64,000 nt of DNA from an uncultured Haloferula sp. (GCA_965652295.1 CBFGTS010000005.1:128001-192000), one strand, 5' to 3'; positions 10,501 through 20,264 are shown, numbered from the stretch's first letter. Translations and numbers: made by a program. Notes: generated by a model from the letters alone, not told the origin.

Positions 10501-12097
10501 TGGGGCGGCCGATGGCCGGGCTGTCACTCGGAACCTCATAGGTGATGGTGTAGCTACCGTCCGAGGTGCCGTTCTGCGCGGTGCCCGGGATTTCGATGAA
10601 ACCGAGGGAAACGTGGGAGGCATCGAAGATGAGGGCCGTGTTGCCGGTGGCGTAGCCGTTCACCCGGTTGTAGGTGAGGCGCAGCACATCCCCTTCCTGC
10701 GCCACGTAGGCGCTCATGTTCTTCGCGCCGTTGCCCGCCTGGGTGAAGGCATGGACCGCCCCGTGGGTCTGACCGCCGGCTTCCACGCCGCTGTCATTGG
10801 ACACGGTCGTTTTTCCCGCCCAGGTCGTCCAGGCATCGATGTTGTTGGGGTCCGCGGCATCCCAGCCCTGCTTGAAGTCCGTGCCAACGGCCACGCCACT
10901 GCGGAACTCGAAGCTGCCGTTGCGTTTCTCCAGGCCGATCAGTTCGTGAAGCGACGGGAAGTCGCTCACGTCGTTGGCATCCGTGCCGTAGAGGAACTCG
11001 TCGGGATCGGTGAAGCCGTCGAAGTCGGTATCCTCGAAGAGCGGGTCGGTCGGATCGTTCGGCCCGATCGGGTTGAGCGTACCGTTGATCTCGTCTCCGT
11101 CGGAGAGGCCATCAGCATCGCTATCCGGATCCAGCGGGTCGGTCGGCACATTGAAGAATGGATTGAGGTCGCCGGAGACCTCGTCGCCATCGTTGATGCC
11201 GTCGCTGTCGCTATCGCCCACCGTCGGATTGGTGCCTTCGCTCTGCTCGTCCACGTTGGGCAGCCCGTCACTGTCATTGTCGAGCGAGCCTCCGCCGTTG
11301 CCGTTGCCGGTGGCGGTCGTGAGATCGCCGAAATGGAAGAGTTCCCAGCCGTCATCGAGGTCGTCGTTGTCGGTATCCGCAGTCGGATCGCTCAAGTCCT
11401 GGGCGGCGGGGTCGACGTAGAGGTCGTCGACGTAGAGGTCCGTGCCCGCCCCGTTGCACAACATCGCGAATGCCTGGAGCGGGTTGGCGGCGACGCCATT
11501 GCGGAAATTCCACGTGCCGTCGGGAGCCATGAGTTCCGTCTGGGTGGCGAAAGCGGCGTCTCCGTCGCTCTGCATGAAAACCCGGTAGGTGTCCGCGCTG
11601 TTGTTCGCCACCACCCAGATCTTGTACCAGACATCCGCCAGCAGCGCCGGACGGTTCGCCACCGGTAAAGTGACACCGCCGTCACGGGCACCGAAAGCCT
11701 CGCCGATGACGAAGGTCTGCGCCTCGAAGGTCGAGAAGTCGGTCAGCGACGGAGGACTTTGGTCGGACAGGCCCAAGGAAATGTCATTGGTCGCCGAGGT
11801 TCGCCGCACCCGGTAGAACATCGTGCCGGTCGCGCCATTGGCGATGGGCGTCGGCAACATCTTGTAGGCATCGTTGATCCCCGTGTGTCTCAGGATCTGG
11901 TTGGCGCTGTCGTCGGGATCGACCGCCACGGTGGAGGTGGTGGTGTCGCCGGCCGTGACGACCCAGCCGTTCTGGCCGCCGATTCCCCCGGGGTTCAGGG
12001 CGTTGAAGCGTTCGACCGGTGTGAGTGCCGCGTGGACCGAACCCGCGGCGGCGAACACCGCGAGCGGTGTCAGCCATGGATGAGCGAAGGATTTCAT
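7508..12097 (-). CDS. Large secreted surface protein: duplicated beta-sandwich domain, many TSP3-like DxDxDGxxD repeats, LamG-like domain, C-terminal KAFY-type domain
   Basis: Signal peptide MKSFAHPWLTPLAVFAAAGSVHA; DSDxDGLxDxxE repeats; LIHRWSFNG...YNEVRIYDGAL; ends APAGKAFYTVELE. Confidence 0.85.
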   Translation of the reverse strand: MKSFAHPWLTPLAVFAAAGSVHAALTPVERFNALNPGGIGGQNGWVVTAGDTTTSTVAVDPDDSANQILRHTGINDAYKMLPTPIANGATGTMFYRVRRTSATNDISLGLSDQSPPSLTDFSTFEAQTFVIGEAFGARDGGVTLPVANRPALLADVWYKIWVVANNSADTYRVFMQSDGDAAFATQTELMAPDGTWNFRNGVAANPLQAFAMLCNGAGTDLYVDDLYVDPAAQDLSDPTADTDNDDLDDGWELFHFGDLTTATGNGNGGGSLDNDSDGLPNVDEQSEGTNPTVGDSDSDGINDGDEVSGDLNPFFNVPTDPLDPDSDADGLSDGDEINGTLNPIGPNDPTDPLFEDTDFDGFTDPDEFLYGTDANDVSDFPSLHELIGLEKRNGSFEFRSGVAVGTDFKQGWDAADPNNIDAWTTWAGKTTVSNDSGVEAGGQTHGAVHAFTQAGNGAKNMSAYVAQEGDVLRLTYNRVNGYATGNTALIFDASHVSLGFIEIPGTAQNGTSDGSYTITYEVPSDSPAIGRPIGVGIHNTVSGTWPGWDEVVLTVQDRDSDDDGLSDFDEDRYWGNNDDNPTTGELAVTTGAADSDNDTFSNAAEIAGGSDPTDPNSFPADSDADGLDDDWEMTNFGNLDFDGTDDPDGDFATNAEEFAADTAGSDATDWPDSDTDGMNDAWETLHGLNTTFNDSAANPDGDGFTNKQEHDAGSDPNDAAWSPARPQLIHRWSFNGDLTDSVGGSDATIVEVGANDVTQNPDNITLAGGAKASSDYVSLGSNLLQGKMTPVSLELWATQLSVHNWSRVFSFNNGTTTDALFMSWTQGTNINSDRIGWATATSTLVNNTNAPYALGTEYHIVVTLTPAVNTLNDPFPLETGTRVRWRVAPAGDTTGIFYAQGSFDTDRSLATFNDVNNWLGQSIFADETANASYNEVRIYDGALTGAAAQVNTVAGPQNADALVDADLDGLYDAWEVHFFGAANTQNGTSQAGDADGVNLGNEQLGGSDPTNSDSVPDDIDGDDLPDEDFEMFYFGSLSNPNGAPGADPDADFDTNLVEAANGTNPTDKTSFFSSTGDTVPDSWLAFYGITSQDGTDDLDEGSGDDLDNTGEFTAGTNPTLVDTDSDGLPDGAEVNDHFTDPLVADSDGDGLNDGDEVNTHGSDPLIIDSDGDGFGDGYEVTNGSDPADAGSTPPQTAGWSLIEDFEGSGMVVGQTFNGVNGWTTTGTATVVNDPAGGDQAGSWVTGNMRKSLSALQLHLLNGNTGTLFFQVRTDTTTTMDKTWGLSDVATPTGTGDFEAQMGYNNGNVNVRNAGGNISGFQYPLGEWSNVWMVIHNDTDTVDVYMETPLGQSGVVQIASGASFRNGVATNPLLTLWFMKFNGDVAMLFDNIYFDPTSQNLANPLSSAGDSDGDGIDDQWELDHFGDLDQDATTDFDADGTPDVTEFRLGLDPTDPSSRFLLTTSDENPGDGFTFSWPSQPGTTFTVRRYLDLQTVDLEVTGISADAGSSTTYTDATAPAGKAFYTVELE

Positions 12098-12358
12098 GAG
12101 GTTTTTGAGGTGATGGGTTTCGAGGACAAGGGGTCGGGCGCTTTTTGATGCCGGGAAGAAACCCGTTGCGGTGCCCTCCCGTCGTCCGCGCGGGGCAGCA
12201 ATCCGCGCGTGTAAAGCCCTGCCCGAACCGATGACTCGTAGCACCGCGAACCTTAGCGGATAATCGAAGGTTTTTTTGGGACCCCCCCTCGCACGCGGAC
12301 TTTGGCCGCGGCCGCCGCAGGCCTGAACCCATCCCGTCGATCCACGACCGACGACCTC

Positions 12359-12587
12359 CTACTCCCGGGCGGGCAGAGCCACGCGGTCGATGACCACCCC
12401 CGGGTCGAAGATATCACGCCTCGTGCACCAGCGCGGTCGGCTGCAAGGTCTGCCCCGGCTTTTCCGAAGCCATCCGCTTGGCGGCCAGCTGCCGCAGTTC
12501 GTCATACACGACGGGCAACAATTCCTCGGACCGGAGCGCCTCAGCCGATCCCAAGGCTTTCATCACTCTGGAAAAATCGTCGGCCAT
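12359..12587 (-). pseudogene. Deletion scar: 5' part of a TIGR02999-type ECF sigma joined to the 3' end of another (GH115-like?) gene
   Basis: MADDFSRV...ELLPVVYDELRQLAAKRMASEKPGQTLQPTALVHEA then TGA at 12414-12416. A shifted frame immediately reads DIFDPGVVIDRVALPARE-stop. Confidence 0.75.
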
Positions 12588-12663
12588 GAGGACAACGGAG
12601 CCTAGTTGCCAACCGCGGCTTGTCGACGTGCAACTCTCCGGATTGAGGCCATCGATGCAGGGT

Positions 12664-13389
12664 TCACCGTCGCGGTTCGAGCCGGATCCAGCGGGCCAGC
12701 GGCAGTTCGAGGCGGTGGATCTCGGCTGCGGCGAGGGCCGCGACACTCCGTGCGCCGGTTTCCGAAAAATGGGTGTCGTCGCCGGCGAAATGGAACCGCT
12801 CCGACCCGTCCGGACCGGCCGCGGATTCCATCTCGAAGGTCAGGTCGTGGAGCTCGAGCAAGGGGACTTTTTCCTCGGCCGCGACCGCCCGGGCGGCGGC
12901 GGGATAATCGCCCAGGGAGCTGAAGAATTCGCCGGATGCGTTCCACCGCCGGCGGACCACGGAAGTGGCCACGATCGGGGTCACCGATTTTTCCCGGGCC
13001 TCGCGGATGAAGCGGCGGAGGTTCTCGCGATACGCTCCGTCCGCGGCCGCGTGCAGCTTGGGCTCGCCTTCCTTCTGATCGTTGTGGCCGAACTGGATGA
13101 TCAGCCAGTCGCCCTTCTTCATCGAATCCAGCACCTTCTTCCAGCGTCCTTCATCGATGAACGATTTGGTGCTGCGACCGTTGAGCGCGTGATTGGCGAC
13201 CTTTGCAGGCGGTTTGACGAACTCGGGCAGAAGCTGGCCCCATCCGCGTTCCGGGTGGTCGAGGCGGGGTTTGTCCGCCATGGTGGAATCGCCGATCAGG
13301 TGGAGGGTCGGAGCGGCCTCGAGAGCCATCGGGACGAATCCAAGGCAGACGAGGAGCGGGGCGATCGGTTTCAGGATCACGTGGAGCAT
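12664..13389 (-). CDS. Rhamnogalacturonan acetylesterase-like SGNH/GDSL esterase (CE12-like)
   Basis: IGDSTMA, GWG, NHALNGRSTKSF, QFGHND and DDTHF motifs; signal peptide. Confidence 0.9.
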   Translation of the reverse strand: MLHVILKPIAPLLVCLGFVPMALEAAPTLHLIGDSTMADKPRLDHPERGWGQLLPEFVKPPAKVANHALNGRSTKSFIDEGRWKKVLDSMKKGDWLIIQFGHNDQKEGEPKLHAAADGAYRENLRRFIREAREKSVTPIVATSVVRRRWNASGEFFSSLGDYPAAARAVAAEEKVPLLELHDLTFEMESAAGPDGSERFHFAGDDTHFSETGARSVAALAAAEIHRLELPLARWIRLEPRR

Positions 13390-13485
13390 GAGGTGTTGCG
13401 GTGCGGGGTGGAGGAAGAATGCAATGAACCATGCCGCGGAGATCGGCGAGTTCTTTTGCCCAACAGAACCCGTCGCTCCCTGCGT

Positions 13486-16400
13486 TCACGGAGAGATGCG
13501 GATCCGGTAGAACCCGCGTGGCGGATCCTCCGGCAGCGGATCGCTTTTTTCCAACGAGCCGCCGGTCCCCGTCAGGGGATCTCCGAAGGGCTGCCATGAG
13601 CCGGGGGTGAGGTCGGGGGAAAACTCGATCTGATAGACGTGCCCGATCACCGAGGCCCCGATGGTCATGTGGAGCTGTCCGGAACCTGTGCCGGACCCGT
13701 CGAACATCAGGCGGGAGGCGGCGAGTTCCGCGGCGGTGATGGGTGCGGGAGCCGTGGTGGCGCTGGCTTCATCGGACTCCGCTCCTTCTCCGGCCGCATT
13801 GCCGCTACGGACGACGTAGTAGTAGGTCGTGGTCGGATCGAGGCCGAGGTCGCTGAAGGTGGTGGTTGTGACATCGCCGGAGATCGTGGTGTAGGGTCCG
13901 CCGCTTTGAGTGGAGCGCCCGACGGTGTAGCGCGAGGCTCCGTCAACGGCGGCCCAAGTCAGATCGACGCGGCTTTCCGAAACCGTGGTGGCAACAAGAC
14001 CCGGCGAAACCAAGGGCGGCGTGCTGTAGAGGAGCTGGTCGGGGCCGAGCGCGGTGTCCGAAAGACGGACGTTGTCGATGAAGCCGAAGAAGCGGTCGGC
14101 GTGCGCTCCATCCCACAGGCCGCGGCCGACGGAGATCACACCCGCGTCCCAGTCCGAGCCATCGCCCGCACCGATGGCGAGGGCGGGATCGGAGCTGGAG
14201 GAAAGGTCGGCGGTGCCGAGCAAGGTGTAGGTGGCGTCGCCGCTTGAGAGGTTCCGGTGGTAGAGGGAAAGCGTGTTGCCATCCGAAGCCGCGGCCACCG
14301 CGTGCCATTGGTCGGCGGTGATGGTTCCGCTGGCGGAAACCACCTCCCGGATATTTCCGGCGACATCGGTGTACTGGATGGCGAGGGATGAGCCCCGGGT
14401 TTGGAAATAAAGCACCGAACCATTGCCGGTGCCGGCGTAGTTCCGACTGTCGCGGCCGACGAAGGTGCGGTTTCCGCTGAGGGCATCCGGCCGGATCGCG
14501 GCCTCGATGGTCCACTCGGCCGGGCTCCAGCTGGTAAGCGCGGTGCCGATCGCCGACATGGCGGGGTAGTTGTTGGCAGCTTGGACGCTGAGGGCGTTGG
14601 GCAGGCCGGTCTGCGGTGTGGTGAGGTCGGGCGTGTTGGCGCGATACCACATCCAGTCGGCCGCCCAGGCGGAGAGGTGGTTTCCGTTGCCGGAGCGATC
14701 AATCACGCTGCCATCATACTGGCCGGCGCTGCCCGGAGAGTAGCTGACGTGGGTGTCCGGCTCGCCTTCCTCGAAGGTCCAGTAGGCGACGGGGCCGCGG
14801 GTGGCCGAGGAAGCTTCCTGGCTGTCCGCTTCACCCGCCGCATTCACGGCGCTGACGAGGTAGTGGTAAACCCTGCCGGAATCGAGGCCGTCGTCGCGGT
14901 AGCTGGTGGTGTTCAGATCCGATGCCACGATGGTGTACGGGCCGCCGGAAACATCCGCCCGTTTCACCACATAACTTCCGGCTCCGGCCGCTGCGGTCCA
15001 TGTCAGGTCGATCGCACTCAGCGAAGCCGGCGTCGCCATGAGCCCCGCCGGTGCCTCGGGCGGCGTCATGATCGTGGCCTCCGCGCTGTCGGTGGTGCCG
15101 CCGGAGTTTTCCGCCACGATCATATAATGGTAGGTGCCTCCGGGGGACACTCCATCATCACTGTATTTCGTGCCGGTCATCGAGGTGGCGATCGAAACGT
15201 AGGGGCCGCCGCTCGTCTCCGCGCGCTTTACGGCGTAGTGCGTGGCACCCGCGGCCGGAGCCCAGGTCAGGATGACCTTGCCGGCGGAGAAAGCCGTGGC
15301 CGAGACCGAGGCCGGAGCTTCCGGAAGCGCGGGCGGAGTGCTGTGGAGAAACTCGTCCGGACCGAGTGCGACGTCGGAAAGCCGGATGTTGTCCAGGAAT
15401 CCAAGGAAGCGATCGGTTTGCGCGCCGTTGTAGAGCCCGCGGCCGACGGAGAACTCGCCCGCATTCCAGTCGCTGCCGTCGCCGGAGCCGATGGCCAGCG
15501 CGGGATGGACGCTGGAGGAAATGTCGAGGCTGCCCAGCAAGGTGTAGTTGGCCTCGCCCGTGGTGAGGTTCTTCCGAAAGAGCGAGAGGGTGCTGCCATC
15601 CGAGGTGGCTGCGACCGCCTGCCATTGGTTGGCGACCACGGTGCCGGAAGCGGTGGTGATATTCCAATAATTTCCAGCCACGTCGTGGAACTTGACGGCG
15701 AGCGCCGAACCGACGGTTTGCAGATAAAGGGTCGAGCGCGGGCCGGTGCCGGCGTAGTTGTTGCTGTCGCGGCCGACGAAGGTCTGGTTGCCGCTGGTGG
15801 CGTTCGGGCGGATCGTCGCCTCGATCGTCCATCGCGCCGGGCTCCAGCCGTTGACCGGCGTGCCCACGGTGGTCGAGGAAGGGGCGCTGACGTTGTTCTG
15901 GATACTCAGGGTGTTCGCGGCTCCGGTTTGCGGCGTGGTCGCCGCGGGCACCGCGGCGCGATAGAGGAAGGTATTGCCGGACCAGGGCGACAGATGGTTT
16001 CCATTGCCGGAGACATCGGAAATGCTGCCGATGTAGGTGCCGTCGGTGGCGGGGCCGGGGACCGGCGCGTTGGCTGTGCCTTCCTGAAAGTCCCAGTGCG
16101 CCACCGTGCCGTAGGGTGACGTGGCGACCCCGGCGAGCGAAGCGATTTCGGCCGTTTCCAAGGCGTAGTTGAAGATGCGGAAATCGTCGATCATGCCGGC
16201 GAACAGCGGGTCCGAGGCCCACTGGCTGTCACCGATGTAGTTGAAGGTCGGCGCGAAGTCGGAGGGGTTGATCGTCACCTTGGTGTTGCTTGCCATCGGG
16301 AAGCCGTTGACGAACAGGGTGGCGGTATCGCCCGCCAGCGTCACCGCGACGTGCACCCATTGCTGGGTCGGCAGCCGGGTGGTGCGGACAAACTGCTCGC

Positions 16401-19400
16401 TGCCGCCATTCTTGATCGCGAAACGCATGCCGCTGCCGGACTCGGGCGTGAGGAACAGGTATTGGTTGGTGCCGTTGCCAAAATCGAAGATGCGTTGCCA
16501 TGAGCCGCCGCCATCCCAGTAAACCCAGGTGGCGATCGTGAGGTCGGTGTAGTCGGCGGCTCCGGCCGGCAGGGTCACGAGATCATCGACGCCATCAAGG
16601 ATGATGGCTTGGCCGGCATACCCGGGCGCATAGGCGGGCGATCCTGTCGTGACGCCATGAGAGCCGCTCGAAGCGTCATCGCTATTGTCTTCGAAGCGGA
16701 AGTGGGCCCGGAGGAGCGCGGATGGCAGCACCTGGACTTGAAAGATCACATCGCTGGAGGCACCCGCGAGATCGGTCGTCCGGAGCGTGAATTCATTCAA
16801 GCCCACGTCACCGCTGCCGGGGCTGCCGGAAAGCGTGCCATCGGCAGACACCTGGAGCCATGCCGGGCCGGAGTGCTTGCCGATCGTGAAGCTGTCGCCG
16901 AGGTCCGCGTCCGAGACATTCCCGGCAACCGAAAAGCTGTAGGATTCATCCTGGGTCACGAAGCCGCCGTCGATGGGATCGCTGTCCCACTCGGGAGCGC
17001 CGTTGAGATTGGCGACGGTGACGTGCAGATTCACATCGTCGCTCGCGCCGGACGAGTCCGTAACGCGGACGACGAAGATATTTTCACCCACGTCGGCATT
17101 CGCGGGCGTGCCGGACAGAGCGCCGTTGGCGGCGACGACGAGCCAGGCGGGGCCAGCGACCTTGCTGTAGATGAGCCCGCCGCCGTCCGGATCGGTCGCG
17201 CGGGTGACCAGCGTTTCCGCCGGGGACGAGTAGTTCGTCCCTTCCTCGGCGTCCGAAAGAATCAGCGGCCGCGACTGGAACACGGGCGGCTGATTCGCCG
17301 ATTGGCCCCACAGCGCGTGAACTTCGCTGCCGGATAGCGCGTGATTGTAGATCCGGAAGTCGTCGATCATGCCGCTGAAATAGGCGTCGTCGTTCCACAT
17401 GCTGCGGCCGAGATAGCAGAATGGCTGGGCGAAGAGCGGGCGGGCTCCGGGGAGGGTCGTGGAGTTCGACGGGGAGCCGTTGAGATAGAGCGTGGCCGCG
17501 TCGCCCTGAAGCGTGACCGCCAGATGGACCCACTGTCCGACGGGCATCGCCGGGCCGTCGAGGGTGAGCGTCCCATCGGTGGCGCGGGAAGTGGTCATCT
17601 GGAAGCGGATGGCGCCATTCGATGCCTTCGGCGTGAGCATCATGTATTTGTCGATGTCGCTGCCGAAGTCGAAGACGCGCTGCCAATTCGCGCCGCCGTT
17701 CCAGCGGACCCACGTCGCGATGGTGATGTCTTCGAAATTCCCCGAGCCTACGGGGAGCTGAACGTATGGGCCGGAGCCATTGAGGGAAATCGCCTGACCA
17801 CCGCCGAAGCCGGAGGCGTAGGCCGGCATGGTCGGTCCCTTGGGTTCGGCGTGACGACCGTTCTCGGTCTCGTTGGCATTTCCATCGAACGGATAGCGGG
17901 CGACGAGCCGCTCGCGGACCTCCAACGGATCGCTGTCGAGATCGCCCGACGGGGTCGTGGCGGTGACGAGATAATAGTAGGTCACGCCGTCCGCGACCGT
18001 GCTGTCGGTGAAATTCAGGCCCGACCCGGTGACGGTGCCGAGGGTGGTGTAGGGGCCGGCCTCGCTGGCGGCGCGTTTTACGAGGTAAGCGGTGGCGGTC
18101 GCGGTGCCCCACCAGTTGAGGATGACGCGGTCCTTGCTGCGGTGGGCGACGAGCCCGCTCGGCGCGGCGCCGGTCGCGATCGGATCGCGGGCATAGGTGA
18201 GGCTGCCGAGGCCGAGCCAGTCGACCTGCGACGGGTGAAAGGCCGTATTCGGTCGCGGCTCGGGCCGGGTGACGTCCACCGCCAGCTTGCTCCACGGAGC
18301 GGCGATGCCTTTGACGTTGGCGTAGTGGTTGTGGACCAGCTCGTATTGATAGTATCCACCGAGCCCGCGGCCGTGGCCGGAGAGGGTCTCGGTGTAGGTC
18401 AGGGTGGTATTGCGGTGGGGGACCCAGGGAACGTCGTTGAAGAGGTTGTATTTGGCGTTGTATTCGAAGGCGCGCAGCGCGCGGTTGTTGTCCCAACCGA
18501 ACAGGTCGTCGCCTTGATTCCAGCCCATCTGGCAGAGCAGGGCCATGGCGTGCCAGCCGCCGAGGTTGTGAGCTTGGTCGCGACCGCTTTCCTCGGTCTG
18601 GGAGGTGCCGTCGGGGAAGAGATACCACGCTGCGCGATCGACCCGGCCGTTGCCGTTGCCGTACTTGAAATGATCAACGGCCTGTTCGTAAACGGCGCGG
18701 TTGTCGCAGAGAATGCCGATGGCGGCGACCGAGGCCATGTTGGCCGTATCCCAGTTGAGGCGGTAGTGGGTGTTGCCGCCTTTGGTGAAGGGAGTGTCGT
18801 GGTGGCGCCAGAGGAAGTCGAGATTTCGCGGGTAGAAGACCCGCATCATCATGTCCTTGTAGGCCTGCTTTTCCGCCTCCGGCCAGCCGGAGTAGGTGCT
18901 GAGGAGTTCGCCACCGCTGGCGAAAAGGTAGCCGCAGATGCCGGCGGCCAGGGATGCGTTGGTATCGCCCTGGATGCCGATGAGGTCCGACCAGGTATTG
19001 GCGATGTGCACCGCGTGGTCGGCGTAGGCGGTGTCGCCTGTGAGGTGCCAGCGCAGCGCCAACTCATAAATCGCCTGCGCGTCCTGCTGGGAGCGGGTGT
19101 AGTTGTTGCCGCTGCCGCCTCGGACGATGTAATCGATGTTGTAGGCGGGCCACCAGGTCTGGGCCCACGGACTGTCGGCGAGGATGTCGAAGCTGGATTT
19201 CCACGGTTCCTCGCTGGCATCGACCTTCGCCTTCATGCGGTCGAGATCGGCCTGGGTGTGGAGGGTTCCAGGGTGGGCGAAGACCGGAGGCGGCGAAGCG
19301 AGGGCCGTCATGTCCGCCTGGAACACATGGTCGCCGGCAACTGGCGTGATGGTGTCGCCCGAATAGTGATAGGCGGTGCCGTCGGCGTAGGGATCGGTGC

Positions 19401-20070
19401 GGGTGCCGAGCCACTCGAAATGGTTGCTGCTGCCATTGCCGATGGCGATTTCGAAGCCGTAGGTCGTGTTCGGCTTGAGGTGAGTCGTGAACGGGAGCTC
19501 GAAGGTGATGTGGTCGCCCGACCCATTGACACTGGTGCCGGAACCGGGAGTTCCGGTGCTTCCGGCCTTGAACAACTGCCGGGAGATCATGGTGCGGGTG
19601 GTGCCGCTGATCTCGACGATGCTTAGGAGGATGGGGCCGGTGTGCTCGTTCAGATTCCAGGAAGTGACGTTCGAACCGGAAGCCGTATTGTTGGTATAGC
19701 CCGCCATCCGCGCGGTGACGGAGTGGAGTTCATAGCCGTTCGGGGCACTGCCGGTCAGGAAACTCTGCCCCTGCACCGGCCGGTTGTTCGCCACATAGGT
19801 GAAGTCGTCGTTGGCCGCGCCGTTGTCGGAGCCGCCGTCGGCATTGACGCCGGAGCCGCCGATGTTGTCGGCGTCAAATGCCGCACCGGTCCAGTTCGCG
19901 ACGCTCGCCGCCCCGCCGGACGGCTGGGCGGGCGAGTAGGTGACAGTGGAGCTGAAACTCAACGGATGGGCAGAGGCCGTAGCGGCCATCCACACCGCGA
20001 TCCCCGGGACGACGAGACGCCGAGGGAGAACGGCCGATCTCGCGCAAGCGGGGCCACGGAGGGTCATCAT
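13486..20070 (-). CDS. Multidomain secreted alginate-lyase-family protein with FN3, LamG (x2), cadherin/Ig-like and two further lectin-like repeats, and C-terminal FYR domain
   Basis: HPGTLHTQADLDRMKAKV...NWDTAN...ESGRDQAH catalytic-family motifs; WQRVFDFG LamG motifs; GPAWL repeats; ends PPRGFYRIRISP. Confidence 0.85.
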   Translation of the reverse strand: MMTLRGPACARSAVLPRRLVVPGIAVWMAATASAHPLSFSSTVTYSPAQPSGGAASVANWTGAAFDADNIGGSGVNADGGSDNGAANDDFTYVANNRPVQGQSFLTGSAPNGYELHSVTARMAGYTNNTASGSNVTSWNLNEHTGPILLSIVEISGTTRTMISRQLFKAGSTGTPGSGTSVNGSGDHITFELPFTTHLKPNTTYGFEIAIGNGSSNHFEWLGTRTDPYADGTAYHYSGDTITPVAGDHVFQADMTALASPPPVFAHPGTLHTQADLDRMKAKVDASEEPWKSSFDILADSPWAQTWWPAYNIDYIVRGGSGNNYTRSQQDAQAIYELALRWHLTGDTAYADHAVHIANTWSDLIGIQGDTNASLAAGICGYLFASGGELLSTYSGWPEAEKQAYKDMMMRVFYPRNLDFLWRHHDTPFTKGGNTHYRLNWDTANMASVAAIGILCDNRAVYEQAVDHFKYGNGNGRVDRAAWYLFPDGTSQTEESGRDQAHNLGGWHAMALLCQMGWNQGDDLFGWDNNRALRAFEYNAKYNLFNDVPWVPHRNTTLTYTETLSGHGRGLGGYYQYELVHNHYANVKGIAAPWSKLAVDVTRPEPRPNTAFHPSQVDWLGLGSLTYARDPIATGAAPSGLVAHRSKDRVILNWWGTATATAYLVKRAASEAGPYTTLGTVTGSGLNFTDSTVADGVTYYYLVTATTPSGDLDSDPLEVRERLVARYPFDGNANETENGRHAEPKGPTMPAYASGFGGGQAISLNGSGPYVQLPVGSGNFEDITIATWVRWNGGANWQRVFDFGSDIDKYMMLTPKASNGAIRFQMTTSRATDGTLTLDGPAMPVGQWVHLAVTLQGDAATLYLNGSPSNSTTLPGARPLFAQPFCYLGRSMWNDDAYFSGMIDDFRIYNHALSGSEVHALWGQSANQPPVFQSRPLILSDAEEGTNYSSPAETLVTRATDPDGGGLIYSKVAGPAWLVVAANGALSGTPANADVGENIFVVRVTDSSGASDDVNLHVTVANLNGAPEWDSDPIDGGFVTQDESYSFSVAGNVSDADLGDSFTIGKHSGPAWLQVSADGTLSGSPGSGDVGLNEFTLRTTDLAGASSDVIFQVQVLPSALLRAHFRFEDNSDDASSGSHGVTTGSPAYAPGYAGQAIILDGVDDLVTLPAGAADYTDLTIATWVYWDGGGSWQRIFDFGNGTNQYLFLTPESGSGMRFAIKNGGSEQFVRTTRLPTQQWVHVAVTLAGDTATLFVNGFPMASNTKVTINPSDFAPTFNYIGDSQWASDPLFAGMIDDFRIFNYALETAEIASLAGVATSPYGTVAHWDFQEGTANAPVPGPATDGTYIGSISDVSGNGNHLSPWSGNTFLYRAAVPAATTPQTGAANTLSIQNNVSAPSSTTVGTPVNGWSPARWTIEATIRPNATSGNQTFVGRDSNNYAGTGPRSTLYLQTVGSALAVKFHDVAGNYWNITTASGTVVANQWQAVAATSDGSTLSLFRKNLTTGEANYTLLGSLDISSSVHPALAIGSGDGSDWNAGEFSVGRGLYNGAQTDRFLGFLDNIRLSDVALGPDEFLHSTPPALPEAPASVSATAFSAGKVILTWAPAAGATHYAVKRAETSGGPYVSIATSMTGTKYSDDGVSPGGTYHYMIVAENSGGTTDSAEATIMTPPEAPAGLMATPASLSAIDLTWTAAAGAGSYVVKRADVSGGPYTIVASDLNTTSYRDDGLDSGRVYHYLVSAVNAAGEADSQEASSATRGPVAYWTFEEGEPDTHVSYSPGSAGQYDGSVIDRSGNGNHLSAWAADWMWYRANTPDLTTPQTGLPNALSVQAANNYPAMSAIGTALTSWSPAEWTIEAAIRPDALSGNRTFVGRDSRNYAGTGNGSVLYFQTRGSSLAIQYTDVAGNIREVVSASGTITADQWHAVAAASDGNTLSLYHRNLSSGDATYTLLGTADLSSSSDPALAIGAGDGSDWDAGVISVGRGLWDGAHADRFFGFIDNVRLSDTALGPDQLLYSTPPLVSPGLVATTVSESRVDLTWAAVDGASRYTVGRSTQSGGPYTTISGDVTTTTFSDLGLDPTTTYYYVVRSGNAAGEGAESDEASATTAPAPITAAELAASRLMFDGSGTGSGQLHMTIGASVIGHVYQIEFSPDLTPGSWQPFGDPLTGTGGSLEKSDPLPEDPPRGFYRIRISP
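14030..16110 (-). repeat. Two internal copies of a ~250-aa LamG-like domain in the 13486-20070 protein (approximate bounds)
   Basis: VAHWDFQEG...SGNGNHLS...WTIEATIRP...TFVGRDS...GDGSDW...SVGRGL is repeated as VAYWTFEEG...SGNGNHLS...WTIEAAIRP...TFVGRDS...GDGSDW...SVGRGL. Confidence 0.85.
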
Positions 20071-20264
20071 GGGTTTTGGAAAAAAGGTCGAACCGGGGAA
20101 CTCGAACCCGGCTTGGGTCCGGGAGTTTTACCGCGATTTTCGTAGCCTACCGATTGGAATCCAGAGGGAAAGAAACGACCCTGATGAATTTGCTCAACTT
20201 GGAAACCCGCCAAGGCAGGGCTCACTTCAGGCCTTGGCAAATCCACGGCGATCGGTCGGCGCGA

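Noticed and set aside
8500..11400. Repetitive gtcgtc/gccgtc-rich DNA as a possible CRISPR or tandem array
   Set aside because: It is the coding signature of Asp-rich TSP3-like repeats. There is no fixed repeat-spacer period.
7619..11668. Long + strand ORFs antisense to the large genes (also 14401-16119, 17341-19626, 43736-45463, 47108-48997, 58783-60957)
   Set aside because: Shadow ORFs of high-GC coding sequence. The opposite strand carries recognisable domains.
12414..12416. TGA as selenocysteine or readthrough in the ECF fragment
   Set aside because: The in-frame downstream sequence (YLRPGGGHRPRGS...) does not continue with the conserved ECF motifs such as MRRILVD.
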